Assembly (NCBI GenBank): GCA_965246715.1 | Contig: CBDFFH010000015.1 | Coordinates: 288,001-352,000, forward strand | DNA: 64,000 bases | Source: Chamaesiphon sp. | GTDB lineage: Bacteria > Cyanobacteriota > Cyanobacteriia > Cyanobacteriales > Chamaesiphonaceae | Direction of reading: 5' to 3' | In this document: positions 20,746 to 30,254 of the stretch, in pieces | How the letters are laid out: every line of letters starts with the position of its first letter | How positions within the stretch are numbered: the stretch's first letter is position 1 | Program-made: the position numbers and the translations under genes | Notes under the pieces: generated by a model | What the model saw: only the letters and a program-made list of their open reading frames with translations | Database searches by the model: none | What the model was told of the DNA's origin: nothing

Positions 20746-21153
20746 TAACTGTATTTAGCGGTTGGAGATCGGATCGCTTCGTGCATACCCATCGCACTCC
20801 ACGATCGTCTTTTCGATCGTGGTACTGTATGCTGAGATCGATTGCTGCACAATCAGTCAGGAAATTCGGTAGCTGAAAATACCTCGCCTGAGCTGTGAGA
20901 TCGAGAGTCGATTTTACAGAACCCAGCTATTTAGATCGCCCTCAGCTCCAGCATCGAGCGCGCGCTCGCCCTCGTAAATCCCAGATCCCTTGCGCTGTCT
21001 GAGCAATCCCACCGATCTCCCAGCAACAGCAATCGAGTACATGAGGTCTCGACAACAAAATTAAACATTATTCAATAACCATCGCTCGCGCTGCCAGCAC
21101 AGCTATCATCGAGTTCGCGCTCTCACTCTTTAAAATAATTAACAGTTTAGTTT

Positions 21154-21468
21154 ATGACTCCCCTAATGAAAACTTATGTCCTCAAGCTTTATGTGGCAGG
21201 AAATACCCCTAACTCAGTTCGCGCGCTCCGAACTCTAAAGAATATATTAGAAGAAGAGTTTAAAGGCGTATATGCTCTTAAAGTAATTGATGTCTTGAAA
21301 AATCCCCAACTGGCCGAAGAGGATAAGATTCTGGCTACCCCGACACTATCGAAAGTTTTGCCACCGCCAGTCCGGAAAATCATTGGCGATCTGTCCGATC
21401 GTGAAAAAGTTCTAATCGGACTAGATCTCCTGTATGAAGAACTATCCGAGCGGGATGGAGAATTTTAA
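21154..21468 (+). CDS. kaiB: Circadian clock protein KaiB
   Basis: [33 protein letters not shown]. Confidence 0.99.
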   Translation: MTPLMKTYVLKLYVAGNTPNSVRALRTLKNILEEEFKGVYALKVIDVLKNPQLAEEDKILATPTLSKVLPPPVRKIIGDLSDREKVLIGLDLLYEELSERDGEF

Positions 21469-21576
21469 GCATCGAAACTGGTTTACTCAGCATTTCTGGG
21501 CACAACCCGATCGTCAAAACATCAATTTATCAAAGTTGTATTTGTTGTTTAATTAGCAGTTTTTCAGATCTCAGCA

Positions 21577-23127
21577 ATGACCAGTACGAATCAAATAACA
21601 GAATCAACCGCACATCCCTTAGGGATCCAAAAAATCCGCACGATGATCGAGGGATTTGATGATATCGCTCATGGTGGATTACCAATTGGTAGAACGACGA
21701 TCCTCAGCGGTACATCGGGAACGGGTAAAACCATGTTAGCTGTCCAATTTCTCTACAATGGGATTCGTGATTTTGACGAACCAGGGATCTTTGTAACTTT
21801 TGAAGAATCACCTGCGGATATTATCAAAAATGCTTATAGTTTCGGTTGGGATCTCCAAAAATTAATCGATGATGGCAAGTTATTTGTTCTCGATGCTTCT
21901 CCCGATCCCGAAGGGCAAGAAGTCGTCGGTAATTTCGATCTATCAGCTTTAATCGAACGAATTCAGTATGCTTTTAACAAATATAAAGCCAAGCGCGTCT
22001 CGATCGATTCTGTCACCGCGATCTTCCAACAATATGATGCCGCATCGGTAGTCAGACGGGAAATCTTTCGGCTCGTCGCCCGCCTCAAATTGATGGGTGC
22101 TACTACCATTATGACGACCGAACGCGTCGAAGAATACGGCCCCGTTGCCAGATTTGGTGTCGAAGAATTTGTTTCTGATAACGTCGCGATCGTCCGGAAC
22201 GTCCTCGAAGGCGAACGCCGACGCAGAACGATCGAAATTCTCAAACTTAGGGGTACTACCCATATGAAGGGTGAATATCCATTTACGATTACCAGCAGTG
22301 GCATCAATATTTTCCCATTAGGTGCGATGCGCCTAACGCAAAAGTCTTCCAATGTCCGCGTCTCATCTGGAGTCAAAGCACTCGACCAAATGTGCGGTGG
22401 TGGCTACTTCAAAGACTCGATTATCTTAGCTACAGGGGCGACAGGAACGGGCAAAACTCTGCTCGTGAGCAAATTTATCCAAGAGGCGTGTTTGGCAGGC
22501 GAGCGGGCGATTTTGTTTGCCTATGAGGAGTCGCGCGCGCAGTTATCGCGAAATGCTTCATCATGGGGAATCGACTTTGAAGAGTTGGAGCGTCAGGGGT
22601 TACTCAAGATCCTCTGTACCTATCCCGAGTCAGCCGGATTGGAAGATCATTTACAGACGATTAAATCTGAAATTGCCGAATTTAAACCCGATCGGATTGC
22701 GATCGATTCGCTCTCGGCTTTGGCGCGGGGCGTAAGCAATAACTCATTCCGGCAGTTTGTCATCGGCGTAACAGGTTATGCCAAACAGGAGGAAATTACC
22801 GGATTTTTTACCAATACTTCCGACCAATTCATGGGATCGCACTCGATTACTGACTCCCATATTTCGACAATCACCGATACGATCTTGATGCTCCAATACG
22901 TGGAAATTCGCGGCGAGATGGCGCGGGCGTTGAACGTATTTAAAATGCGCGGCTCCTGGCACGATAAAGGCATTCACGAGTACACGATTAGTAAAGATGG
23001 CGCGGAAATCAAAGATTCGTTCCGGAATTATGAAGGGATCATCAGTGGTTCCCCCAGTCGGATTTCGGTCGATGAAAAATACGAACTGTCGCGGATCGTG
23101 CGCGCTGTTAGCGATAAATCGGAGTAG
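21577..23127 (+). CDS. kaiC: Circadian clock protein KaiC
   Basis: Two P-loops (GTSGTGKT, GATGTGKT); DSHISTITD phosphosites. Confidence 0.99.
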   Translation: MTSTNQITESTAHPLGIQKIRTMIEGFDDIAHGGLPIGRTTILSGTSGTGKTMLAVQFLYNGIRDFDEPGIFVTFEESPADIIKNAYSFGWDLQKLIDDGKLFVLDASPDPEGQEVVGNFDLSALIERIQYAFNKYKAKRVSIDSVTAIFQQYDAASVVRREIFRLVARLKLMGATTIMTTERVEEYGPVARFGVEEFVSDNVAIVRNVLEGERRRRTIEILKLRGTTHMKGEYPFTITSSGINIFPLGAMRLTQKSSNVRVSSGVKALDQMCGGGYFKDSIILATGATGTGKTLLVSKFIQEACLAGERAILFAYEESRAQLSRNASSWGIDFEELERQGLLKILCTYPESAGLEDHLQTIKSEIAEFKPDRIAIDSLSALARGVSNNSFRQFVIGVTGYAKQEEITGFFTNTSDQFMGSHSITDSHISTITDTILMLQYVEIRGEMARALNVFKMRGSWHDKGIHEYTISKDGAEIKDSFRNYEGIISGSPSRISVDEKYELSRIVRAVSDKSE

Positions 23128-23213
23128 GGGATAGGGGATAGGGTTTTAGGATAGATTGTAGCCTAGGCAGTGCCCACGATCGGGTCGATCCCAGTACTAG
23201 TTGTCTTCACAGC

Positions 23214-23717
23214 ATGACGAAAACACCAAAAACACCACAAGCGAAAAAACGGCTGTCTTTACTTAAAGATTGCCATAATACTTATGGCGAGCATGACAAA
23301 TCATCGCGCACGGCAATTCATTGGCGTAAAAGTTGGGTAAATCGCACCTATCGCCGCGATGTCAACCAATCGCTGGGAGAAGAAGATCGAGATTTCGATC
23401 TAATGACCGATCGTGTAAAGACGATCGATCGTCATTCATGGCGCAAATGTGCCGACATGCCACTAGGCGAAAAATTACTGCGGGATAAAACTTGGGAAAT
23501 TTCCCAAAAGCTGATGGTTGCGGCTAACGCCGATCGGGATTGTTTGGATAAATTAGCGCGGTATTTGTGCAATCGAGATCTGAAATCTGGTAGGGTAGCA
23601 ATCTTAATGAGACGTGCTCGGGCTGTAACGCTCGATCGAAATTCAGGGGCTTTAGATCTCACGAGTGAAGATCTCGCTCTATTCGAAGAGTTCCTCGCTC
23701 GAGAGCAACCCAACTAA
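23214..23717 (+). CDS. Hypothetical basic protein
   Basis: 167-aa ORF with KTPQAKKRLS...NTYGE N-terminus. Confidence 0.65.
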   Translation: MTKTPKTPQAKKRLSLLKDCHNTYGEHDKSSRTAIHWRKSWVNRTYRRDVNQSLGEEDRDFDLMTDRVKTIDRHSWRKCADMPLGEKLLRDKTWEISQKLMVAANADRDCLDKLARYLCNRDLKSGRVAILMRRARAVTLDRNSGALDLTSEDLALFEEFLAREQPN

Positions 23718-23781
23718 TCGATCCCACCGCCACATGCTGCTCGCATATTTGTCGAGGCTGGCTATTCGGTACGTTACGCTA

Positions 23782-24618
23782 CTAATGTGCTGGAAATCTG
23801 GACTGAAAAGCCTGTAATGTGCTTTGCTCTTTACTCGAATCGTAGATCCCAAAAACTACTCGATCGAAGCAGTTGCGAAACTCAGGACTCTCCAGCCAAG
23901 TCCCAAACGCATCGGCTACCATGCTGGGCTGATTGCGAAACACACCACAGCCCCAAGCACCCAAAAGTAGCGATCGATGGTTGTGTTCTCGGGCGATCGC
24001 TAGGATGATACCAGCGCGTCGCCGTAATACTTCCTCAATCCTCGTCCAGGTTGTCTCATTGCTGCGAATAATTTCACCAGCATTGGGAGCGGGAGCAGTA
24101 ATAACCGATGCCAGAAAGAAGTCTTCTATCAAGTTGCGACTTCTGGTGCGAAAGAAGGGGACTTGTGGAGCATAAATAACGAGATCGGTATATAGCAGAG
24201 AACTTTGAGCGCGATTGGTTTCATAGTAGTGCGGTTGTCCGAGCAAACAGGGGTATAACCCAGAACAGCGACAGAGATCTTCTTCCTGAGCTTTTGCACC
24301 ATTGATAAATCCGCCACCTGGATTACGGGCGGAGGCGTAATCGAGTAAGACGAGATCGTTACATCCTTCAGTTTGTACGAGTCGCCTAGCTGCTACTTGG
24401 GTTGTTTCACTGGTAACTTCAATAATTATCGGTCTGCTAGGTTCCGCTGCCAATGGTTTCGCCAGTAGTTCGTAAGTGCGATCGGGTTGATAAAGCAACG
24501 TTCCCTCGACTGCGGCTCTTTGCTCTGTCAAAAATTCCACAGTTTTACCAGCGTCAGTCGTGTATTTTCCTACTTCTAAAATATCCAACGTTGCCTGAGC
24601 AACTCCTTTCAGTGACAT
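23782..24618 (-). CDS. TIGR02452 / DUF2263 bacterial-type poly(ADP-ribose) glycohydrolase (macrodomain)
   Basis: ASARNPGGGFINGAKAQEEDLCR catalytic signature; LGAWGCGVFRN. Confidence 0.9.
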   Translation of the reverse strand: MSLKGVAQATLDILEVGKYTTDAGKTVEFLTEQRAAVEGTLLYQPDRTYELLAKPLAAEPSRPIIIEVTSETTQVAARRLVQTEGCNDLVLLDYASARNPGGGFINGAKAQEEDLCRCSGLYPCLLGQPHYYETNRAQSSLLYTDLVIYAPQVPFFRTRSRNLIEDFFLASVITAPAPNAGEIIRSNETTWTRIEEVLRRRAGIILAIAREHNHRSLLLGAWGCGVFRNQPSMVADAFGTWLESPEFRNCFDRVVFGIYDSSKEQSTLQAFQSRFPAH

Positions 24619-24742
24619 CAGCTTCTTTCCTACAATAAGATAACTTCTAACTAGTTTCCCTCAGATAACAACTTCGCTGTACGATATCGATCGATATCTG
24701 TGAAAGCATTCTTGTTGTGTAAATAATTGAGAATAAAGCAAT

Positions 24743-25123
24743 TTAACGTGCAAATCTAAACCGAACTAGTGCGAGAACTAGTGCAAAAAGATAACCATAC
24801 CAAAACTTGTCGATTCTCAGCACCAAATTTCCGTGTTTAGAACGCCAACCACCAATTACCGACATACATAAGCCAACAAACAAAGGTGTGAAAATTAGAT
24901 TTGCAACCCGTGGCATTCCAGCAGGGGTTAAGTTCGATGGTAAGGCGAGTAAACTGAGTCCTCCGGCGATCGCCCCAAATAACATGAAGCCAATCGCAGC
25001 TAGCCAAGGATTTGGGGGCTGTTTGAATGTTTCGGCAAGTGAATTCCAGCCTACCGCCAACAGCGCTTCGAGGATGATTTGGAGTACGAATTCACCAATT
25101 ATCTGCAAAAGTAATTCAATCAT
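24743..25123 (-). CDS. Hypothetical membrane protein
   Basis: 126 aa with several hydrophobic segments. Confidence 0.7.
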   Translation of the reverse strand: MIELLLQIIGEFVLQIILEALLAVGWNSLAETFKQPPNPWLAAIGFMLFGAIAGGLSLLALPSNLTPAGMPRVANLIFTPLFVGLCMSVIGGWRSKHGNLVLRIDKFWYGYLFALVLALVRFRFAR

Positions 25124-25218
25124 TTGATGTAAATTTTACGATCGAGAAATGAGATTTTTTGGCTTGTAATTCGATCTATCAAAGTTCTGCTAACTTAAAT
25201 TTCGAGCTTGAAGCATGG

Positions 25219-26664
25219 TTAGAGCAGTCCTCGGAAATTCAAAATGTCAAAACCTGGCTGATAGACAGCAGCATCAAAGTTTTCATCGATGTTTTCCTCA
25301 CGAAACAGACCGACCATGCGCTCGGCTTCGGCTTTATCTTTAACCATCCGTGCTGCTGGGGAAAGTGTCTCGAGCCAATTTATTCTGGCGATCGCGTCTT
25401 CCCGAGTTTTACTAGGCGCACCAATCCCCCAAACAGCTCCAGTCTGCGGATCGTAGTAAGTGCCGATGTAACGCAGCGTCAACGAGATGCGCGGCTGTTC
25501 GGTTCCTTCCAGTCCGAGCCGTTTTATCTCATGATAGAAGGCTTGATTGGTATTAAGACTCAACATAAACAGCGAACCATGTGGCAAGGGCAGTTTCTGC
25601 GATGCCGAATGCTGACCGTTCTTCGGCTTGAACACCATCGTGCGCGTCGTCCCCAGCGAAACATTGACAATAAATGAGGGTCGCATCACATCGAGAGTCT
25701 TGTCTGCATGTTCGCCGATCCAGTCTCGACCATTGCGATAGAGTTGAATCAAACAATGATTTAAGGGATGCCCGATGCGGCGTTCGACCTCTTGCCGAAT
25801 CGCATCGATCGTGGGTGTCCATGACCTCAGTGGCGGCTGTTCGTCCGCTGGATGCCTGTATAGTGGTTCAACACCATCCGACTCCTTTGTCCCTTGCAGT
25901 GCGACCAAACGCGGCACAAAAGAGCCACGGTGACTCATTTGATTCCAAGTAACTTCTTGGTATAGCGTCTCAAAGGTCCGATCGTTGACGCAGGATGAGA
26001 GCGCAGCGCAATCCAGCAGACTATCTCCAGCAATGTGCGTCAGTCGCACGGGCACACTCTCGGACAAAAATTCTGCCCAGTTCCTAGTCTGGACACCAAG
26101 TTTTTCCAGTTCGCGGAGCGCCAGTAAATGCTTGCCTTGGGTACTCGCGCTGGTGGCTTCTTCTAAAATCTCAACTTCATAGCCCAGTCTTACTGCTGCT
26201 TTTGCGGTATGCGAGACACAGATGTCGGTCGTGACTCCGCATAGCGAAAGCTTCGTAATGTCATGTTGTTGCAGCCATTGGTGAAGCGTTGTCTGATGGA
26301 AAGCATCGTACCAATGTTTGACAATGTGAATCTCTGCATCGGTTTTTTCGGCAAATAAACCTTGCAAGCTAGGAACCAGCTCGATGCCCCAAGAATCTTT
26401 CACACAGCAGGGTTTACCTGGGTGAGTTTTCCCCTGGAGTTCTGCTGGGGTGCCAGTGGTTTCGCCATATTGCGAGGTAATCCACACGATCTGTCGATGT
26501 TGTTGCCTTGCAGCTTGTACCAACCAACCGATTCTCATTCTGAGAGGCTTCGCCAACGCATCGCAAATTTGGTGCCGCTCGAGATGTTGCTTGCTAAAGG
26601 CACCACCTGGGGATAGAAAATCGTTTTGAGCATTAACGATTAGCAGGGTAGAGAGAGATTCCAT
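25219..26664 (-). CDS. Isochorismatase-like cysteine hydrolase fused to an AlkB-like 2OG-Fe(II) dioxygenase
   Basis: N-half: LLIVNAQNDF, KHWYDAF, GVTTDICV. C-half: LIQLYRNGRD..EHADK...YHEI...RISLTLR. Confidence 0.85.
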   Translation of the reverse strand: MESLSTLLIVNAQNDFLSPGGAFSKQHLERHQICDALAKPLRMRIGWLVQAARQQHRQIVWITSQYGETTGTPAELQGKTHPGKPCCVKDSWGIELVPSLQGLFAEKTDAEIHIVKHWYDAFHQTTLHQWLQQHDITKLSLCGVTTDICVSHTAKAAVRLGYEVEILEEATSASTQGKHLLALRELEKLGVQTRNWAEFLSESVPVRLTHIAGDSLLDCAALSSCVNDRTFETLYQEVTWNQMSHRGSFVPRLVALQGTKESDGVEPLYRHPADEQPPLRSWTPTIDAIRQEVERRIGHPLNHCLIQLYRNGRDWIGEHADKTLDVMRPSFIVNVSLGTTRTMVFKPKNGQHSASQKLPLPHGSLFMLSLNTNQAFYHEIKRLGLEGTEQPRISLTLRYIGTYYDPQTGAVWGIGAPSKTREDAIARINWLETLSPAARMVKDKAEAERMVGLFREENIDENFDAAVYQPGFDILNFRGLL

Positions 26665-26712
26665 CTGGATCTGAGGTGAAAAGTATGGTGTGAGGGGGCG
26701 TTTTAGAGTTTA

Positions 26713-26758
26713 AAATCTAGAGTAGGGGCAATTCATGAATTGCCCCTACTCTAGATTT
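26713..26758. repeat. 46-bp perfect palindrome with GTAG-type REP core
   Basis: aaatctagagtaggggcaattca|tgaattgcccctactctagattt. Confidence 0.85.
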
Positions 26759-26776
26759 CAGGGATTATCTCTAGAG

Positions 26777-27625
26777 TCAATCATCCCTAAATTCAACAAA
26801 GATTGGTACCAGCCGCGATCCTGTCGGCACCCATTGCCATAGTGCCACTAATTCCGATCGATCTGGCTGCTGTCCGAGTCCTAGTCTGGACAAAATCAAC
26901 CGGATCAGCACCGAGTTAAACTGGGGCGGAAACCGATACTGTTCCTGTGCGTGGTCGAGAAAAAATGTCTTGTGATACTTCTGTAAACTCTTTTCCAAAG
27001 CTGAGATTCGCTCCAGCAATCTTGGCACCTCACCGAACCGATGTTGGTGATGTGTTAACAGTAGCTCTGCGGCATTGTTGAAGTGCATCCCCTCATCCTT
27101 GACTAAATGATGGCCGATTTTTTGAATTGCCGTGCCAAAATGACGATAGTATTCCCAGAGATCGCGGCGGTAGGAATAAACCGAACCGATCTCGTCGAAC
27201 ATCAGTGTTACTAACAGTGTGAATTCATCGGCTAATACCAATTCGATCGGTTTGAGTTCGTGGACTCGGGTAGCGAATTGGCGATTCATTTCGGCAAAAT
27301 TCACCCCGGCAATGCAATGATAGGTACGGCGTAACGCTTCATAATGCTTGAGTTCATCCTCCAGCCACAGATCGAGCATCGCCAAAAATGCTGGGGACAT
27401 TTCATTCTGTCGGGTCATGATGTAGTCATATAAAGGTTGAGAGTCGCCCTCAGAGTAGACATCACGACTCAAGAGGTTGCAAAAATTAGTATGGACTTCG
27501 GGTGCTACTCGATCGAGCTGCTGAGGGGAAATAGTATGATCGAGGTGCAAAACTGCATCTAAATCCCACCTATTTTGCTTGACTCTAGATCGAGGTCCAT
27601 CGTTAATTGCCGGCATAGAGTTCAT
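26777..27625 (-). CDS. Ferritin-like (diiron carboxylate) protein
   Basis: Paired motifs SE...DELKH and DE...DEGMH in a helical protein. Confidence 0.65.
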   Translation of the reverse strand: MNSMPAINDGPRSRVKQNRWDLDAVLHLDHTISPQQLDRVAPEVHTNFCNLLSRDVYSEGDSQPLYDYIMTRQNEMSPAFLAMLDLWLEDELKHYEALRRTYHCIAGVNFAEMNRQFATRVHELKPIELVLADEFTLLVTLMFDEIGSVYSYRRDLWEYYRHFGTAIQKIGHHLVKDEGMHFNNAAELLLTHHQHRFGEVPRLLERISALEKSLQKYHKTFFLDHAQEQYRFPPQFNSVLIRLILSRLGLGQQPDRSELVALWQWVPTGSRLVPIFVEFRDD

Positions 27626-27630
27626 TAATC

Positions 27631-27933
27631 TAACGTCAGTTCGGGATCGCTCTTAGGAATGCAAATGTTATGGTGAAAAGCAAAAACCCAGATCTGGGGG
27701 TCGGAACCCCCAGACCCCCCGTTGAGGAGCGGAGTGCCGCCCCTCAAGCTCACCTGCACAAGGGTTGGTTGGTGCGCAGCTTGGCGCGCTTCGCATTAGC
27801 TCCGCATTATGGGTCGATCTGTGGGTGGGGTTTATCGATTGGTAAGACGTGGATTGGGGGTGTGGGGGTGCAGATTAGGTTGGATATCCTTATCCCGTTG
27901 GCTTAGCCGCTCCGTTATGAGAGACTTACGTTA
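27631..27933. mobile_element. MITE family B copy (left end taacgtcagttcggga; right end ggatatccttatcccg...cttacgtta)
   Basis: 27718-27825 matches 32640-32750 in inverted orientation; shares terminus with family A. Confidence 0.7.
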
Positions 27934-28025
27934 TTTATGTCGGGAACCCTTGGCGGTTTCCGTCAAGAATATCTCTGTGCAGCAGAGAGATGACGAGCGG
28001 ACATCCTAAAGTCTTATCTGACCCC

Positions 28026-29366
28026 TCACTCTACCAATAATCCGTCATTAGAGATGATATGCGGAATAATCAGACAGTGCCGCCCGGTAATCTTGGAAGT
28101 GTCGCCCCGAATGATGACCCCTGCGGCGGCACCATCGATCGCCCAACTACCGATGACATAGTGGTAGCCGAAGGCTTCGGGGAGTTCGATATATTCTTGG
28201 ATGATAAAGCCCTCCGCGCCATAACCAAATGACTCTTTTTGTTCCAGCGAGCCAACCCCACTTTCGATCGAGATGGCCACACCTTCTTGTCCGAGCATCG
28301 GCTTTTTGACGTGCATTCCTACTAACAATCTAGTGGATTCGATCGAGTTGTCGGTATCTAGATAGGTGGGCAACAGATGTTTGCCGTAGTCAGCAGATCC
28401 AAACTGCTCCCACATCATCGCCAGCGCGCCTTTATTCGAGAGAACTTGCTTCCACAGCGGTTCGATGACCTTGATTTCACCTGTTGCCAATCGCTCGGCG
28501 AGAACCTCCGTACATCCAGCATTTGCCATGTCGTTTTGGAGGTCAGACCAGTCATATATCTTCCACAGAATCGGAATGCGATCGTTAACATGGTCTACAA
28601 AGTAGCCATCGTCATCTAATCCCAATCCTCGCTGGATTTCCTGCCCCCAATCGTCTTTCAAACCGCGCAGATAAACAATTTGGGTATAAATATTCGGATC
28701 GACCTCATCTGCCAGAATTTGAATCAATTGCATCGCCATCTCCAGATCCTCTGGGAGATTTTCATCGACCAAAAAGGAGATCCCCCGATTGCGGAGATCG
28801 TAGCGTGCCGCAATCCGCCGCCATTGTCCAGCGATCTGCTCCCAAAATTCGTTGAACTGATTGGCATCATTTGGCAGCGGAAATTTTCCCTGCTGGTGAT
28901 TTTGCAGGTAATCCACATACCAATTCCATTGGTAGACCGTTTCCGCGCCCAACAGTGGTGTGTCGCCATTAATTTCGAGCAGCTTAATCTGCCCTGCCGC
29001 CGTGACCGCCAGATCGAATCGCGTACAAAGCGATAAGTCCTCAACCGGATCGATTCGATCCCAGCTATTTTTAATCGCTTGCCAATATTCCGATCGGATC
29101 TGGAGTGCGGCTAAACGGCAATCGACATCGTCAGGCTCGGACTCGGTGAAAAACCAATTCAGGAATTCGATACACATCGCCCACAATAGCTCTGTGGCTT
29201 GCGCGATCTCGGTTTCTTCATCAAAGTCAAATTGGATTGCGAACGGCTGGGGGAGCGATTCCACCCAGTATTGCTGCTGGGCATCGCTTAAAACATCAGC
29301 TTGGTAGGCATTGTCGCGAATATGCTGCTGCCAATTGGGACGACGCGCGATTTTAATGGTTCTCAT
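28026..29366 (-). CDS. Glutathionylspermidine synthase family ATP-grasp ligase (YgiC-like)
   Basis: RFDLA...KLLEINGDTP, IEPLWKQVLSNKG, KKPMLGQEG, VIGSW. Confidence 0.9.
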   Translation of the reverse strand: MRTIKIARRPNWQQHIRDNAYQADVLSDAQQQYWVESLPQPFAIQFDFDEETEIAQATELLWAMCIEFLNWFFTESEPDDVDCRLAALQIRSEYWQAIKNSWDRIDPVEDLSLCTRFDLAVTAAGQIKLLEINGDTPLLGAETVYQWNWYVDYLQNHQQGKFPLPNDANQFNEFWEQIAGQWRRIAARYDLRNRGISFLVDENLPEDLEMAMQLIQILADEVDPNIYTQIVYLRGLKDDWGQEIQRGLGLDDDGYFVDHVNDRIPILWKIYDWSDLQNDMANAGCTEVLAERLATGEIKVIEPLWKQVLSNKGALAMMWEQFGSADYGKHLLPTYLDTDNSIESTRLLVGMHVKKPMLGQEGVAISIESGVGSLEQKESFGYGAEGFIIQEYIELPEAFGYHYVIGSWAIDGAAAGVIIRGDTSKITGRHCLIIPHIISNDGLLVE

Positions 29367-29372
29367 CGCCAG

Positions 29373-30086
29373 CTATTTCCCCCCATTACCACTACTTTTA
29401 TATGAAGAGCCGAAACCTTGACTGCTGCGTCCCCTAATCGTACCCGCTGCCGATGTCCCGGCCGGACGCGCTGGTGCGGCGAAGGTAGTATGGCGGGGTA
29501 CTGTCACCCGACCGGTGGTTGCTTGGGAGATCTCTCGACCGTAAGGGGTGACAACGACTCCAGAAGTAATGCTCCGATACACGGGTCGAGGTTCGTAGAC
29601 TCGATATTGACTACCACTGTAATTGACATAGATATAGTTAGTATCGGAGGGATCGAGATAGGTGCCACCATATACGGGGCGGTATCCCGCCGTCTGCTCG
29701 CTCGCCAGTGTTGCTTCACACTGGACACCTTCGGCTTGACAATCTGCGATCGAGGTATAAATCGGGGCGGTCTTGGTATGTTCTTGTTGCGCCGCCAACA
29801 TCTGCGGGGTACAGTCTTTGGCCTGCATCGATAGCGGATCTGGTGGCTCGTCGAGTTGTCCCGCTTGGTATTGTTGCAGTGCCGTCGTATATTCCGCCTG
29901 TTGCTTATTGATGTCAGCTTCGCACTGTGCGCTGGTTTGATAAAATACTATATCGATCGATTCGTCCGCCTCATCACCAACCAGAGCGATGGCGAATGCT
30001 GCTACAGCAGCAGAAAGTGCCAAACCCAGATAAACTTGGTTGCGGCGAATTTTGCGGGGTTGAGGGTCGTTTTTTTCTTGTGTCAT
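29373..30086 (-). CDS. DUF1190/YgiB-like membrane-anchored protein (ORF extends to 30152)
   Basis: TM helix, Y.S..QC motifs, APIYTSIADC, Gly/Ser-rich C-terminal RG...GFG; 6 bp upstream of the YgiC-like gene. Confidence 0.75.
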   Translation of the reverse strand: MTQEKNDPQPRKIRRNQVYLGLALSAAVAAFAIALVGDEADESIDIVFYQTSAQCEADINKQQAEYTTALQQYQAGQLDEPPDPLSMQAKDCTPQMLAAQQEHTKTAPIYTSIADCQAEGVQCEATLASEQTAGYRPVYGGTYLDPSDTNYIYVNYSGSQYRVYEPRPVYRSITSGVVVTPYGREISQATTGRVTVPRHTTFAAPARPAGTSAAGTIRGRSSQGFGSSYKSSGNGGK

Positions 30087-30254
30087 TACCTTTGGGAAAT
30101 CCCGATCGAGAGGTAAATTTAGAGCGATCGAGCATTGTGACGATCTTACCAATCGCCAGTCTCTATTATTATGATTCCCCTGTCGATCGAATGATTACGC
30201 AAATATCTTGCGATAAATTCACTAACTAAACGTGAATTCGGGATAAGGATTTCC

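Noticed and set aside
20746..21153. 408-bp kaiA-kaiB spacer as a hidden gene or sRNA
   Set aside because: No credible ORF or strong structure; a separate kaiBC promoter region is expected here.
23717..27625. Integron cassette array
   Set aside because: Only isolated GTTAG-like words in the spacers; no convincing attC inverted cores and no integron integrase.
27670..27906. Short ORFs at 27670-27906 and 32560-32784 that resemble each other
   Set aside because: The similarity comes from the shared MITE sequence, not a protein family.
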